DNA of 64,000 bases from Leucoraja ocellata. Its lineage: Eukaryota. A program made the translations under genes and the position numbers. This document shows positions 63,640-64,000 of this stretch, piece after piece. The stretch is from positions 558,001 through 622,000 of the forward strand of contig JAWMAR010000471.1 of assembly GCA_036785375.1 (NCBI GenBank), given 5' to 3'. The stretch's first letter is position 1; each line of letters starts with the position of its first letter. The notes under the pieces are model-generated. The model did no database searches and had not been told where the DNA came from. It saw only the letters and a list, made by a program, of their open reading frames with translations.

Positions 63640-64000
63640 TACCGCTGTATCCATCGAAAGCATCCTGATCACCTGCTTCACGGTATGGTACAGCAGTTGC
63701 CACCGTAGCGGACAGGAAGGCACTACAACGGGTGGTGAAAACCGCTCAGTATATCATCGGTGCCCGCTCCCTGCCATGGATGCCCTGCACCGAAAACGGT
63801 GTCTGAGACGGGCCGGGAAGTTCATCAAAGACCCCTCCCCACCCTAACCAGGGACTGTTTGCCCACCTCCCATGAGGGAGGCGGTACAGGAGCCTCGGGT
63901 CTCGTACTAGTAGGACGAGGAACAGCTTCTACAAGAACACTATCACATTGCTGAACTCGGAGTCCCGCCGATAGATTTCTCCAGTCTCTCCGTCCGCATT
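63640..64000 (+). mobile_element. Rex1/Babar LINE 3' fragment (runs off the window)
   Basis: YRC..ESIL..CFTVWYSSC..DRKALQRVVKTAQYII..GRRYRS..RNSFY-like peptides across frames. Confidence 0.8.

Larger units (their letters stand above)
56065..63640 (-). repeat. Inverted copy of ~32070-42966 (GPCR 3' flank + V segment + tRNA relic)
   Basis: Colinear reverse-complement match apart from copy-specific TE insertions; 60035-63640 is also a direct repeat of 43255-47125. Confidence 0.9.

Overview
Vertebrate genomic DNA, very likely from a cartilaginous fish (skate/ray-like), inferred from the HE1-type SINEs, CR1 and Rex1/Babar LINEs and the style of the genes. The window is a repeat-rich segmental-duplication cluster. 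It holds four near-identical two-exon class A GPCR genes of the GPR139/GPR142-like type: three tandem on + with ~15 kb spacing and one inverted copy with an early TAG. Interleaved with them are two T-cell receptor alpha/delta-type V segments (leader + V exon + RSS with 22-bp spacer) in opposite orientations, one intact and one frameshifted. Flanking homologies indicate that GPCR and TCR-V lie in one duplication unit, tail-to-tail. GPCR differences are concentrated in the predicted extracellular loops. The GPCR intron carries a Penelope-type hairpin with a minimal hammerhead-ribozyme core, and a decayed tRNA-Glu lies upstream of each V. No D, J or C segments were recognised. TE boundaries are approximate, and all alignments were done by eye.
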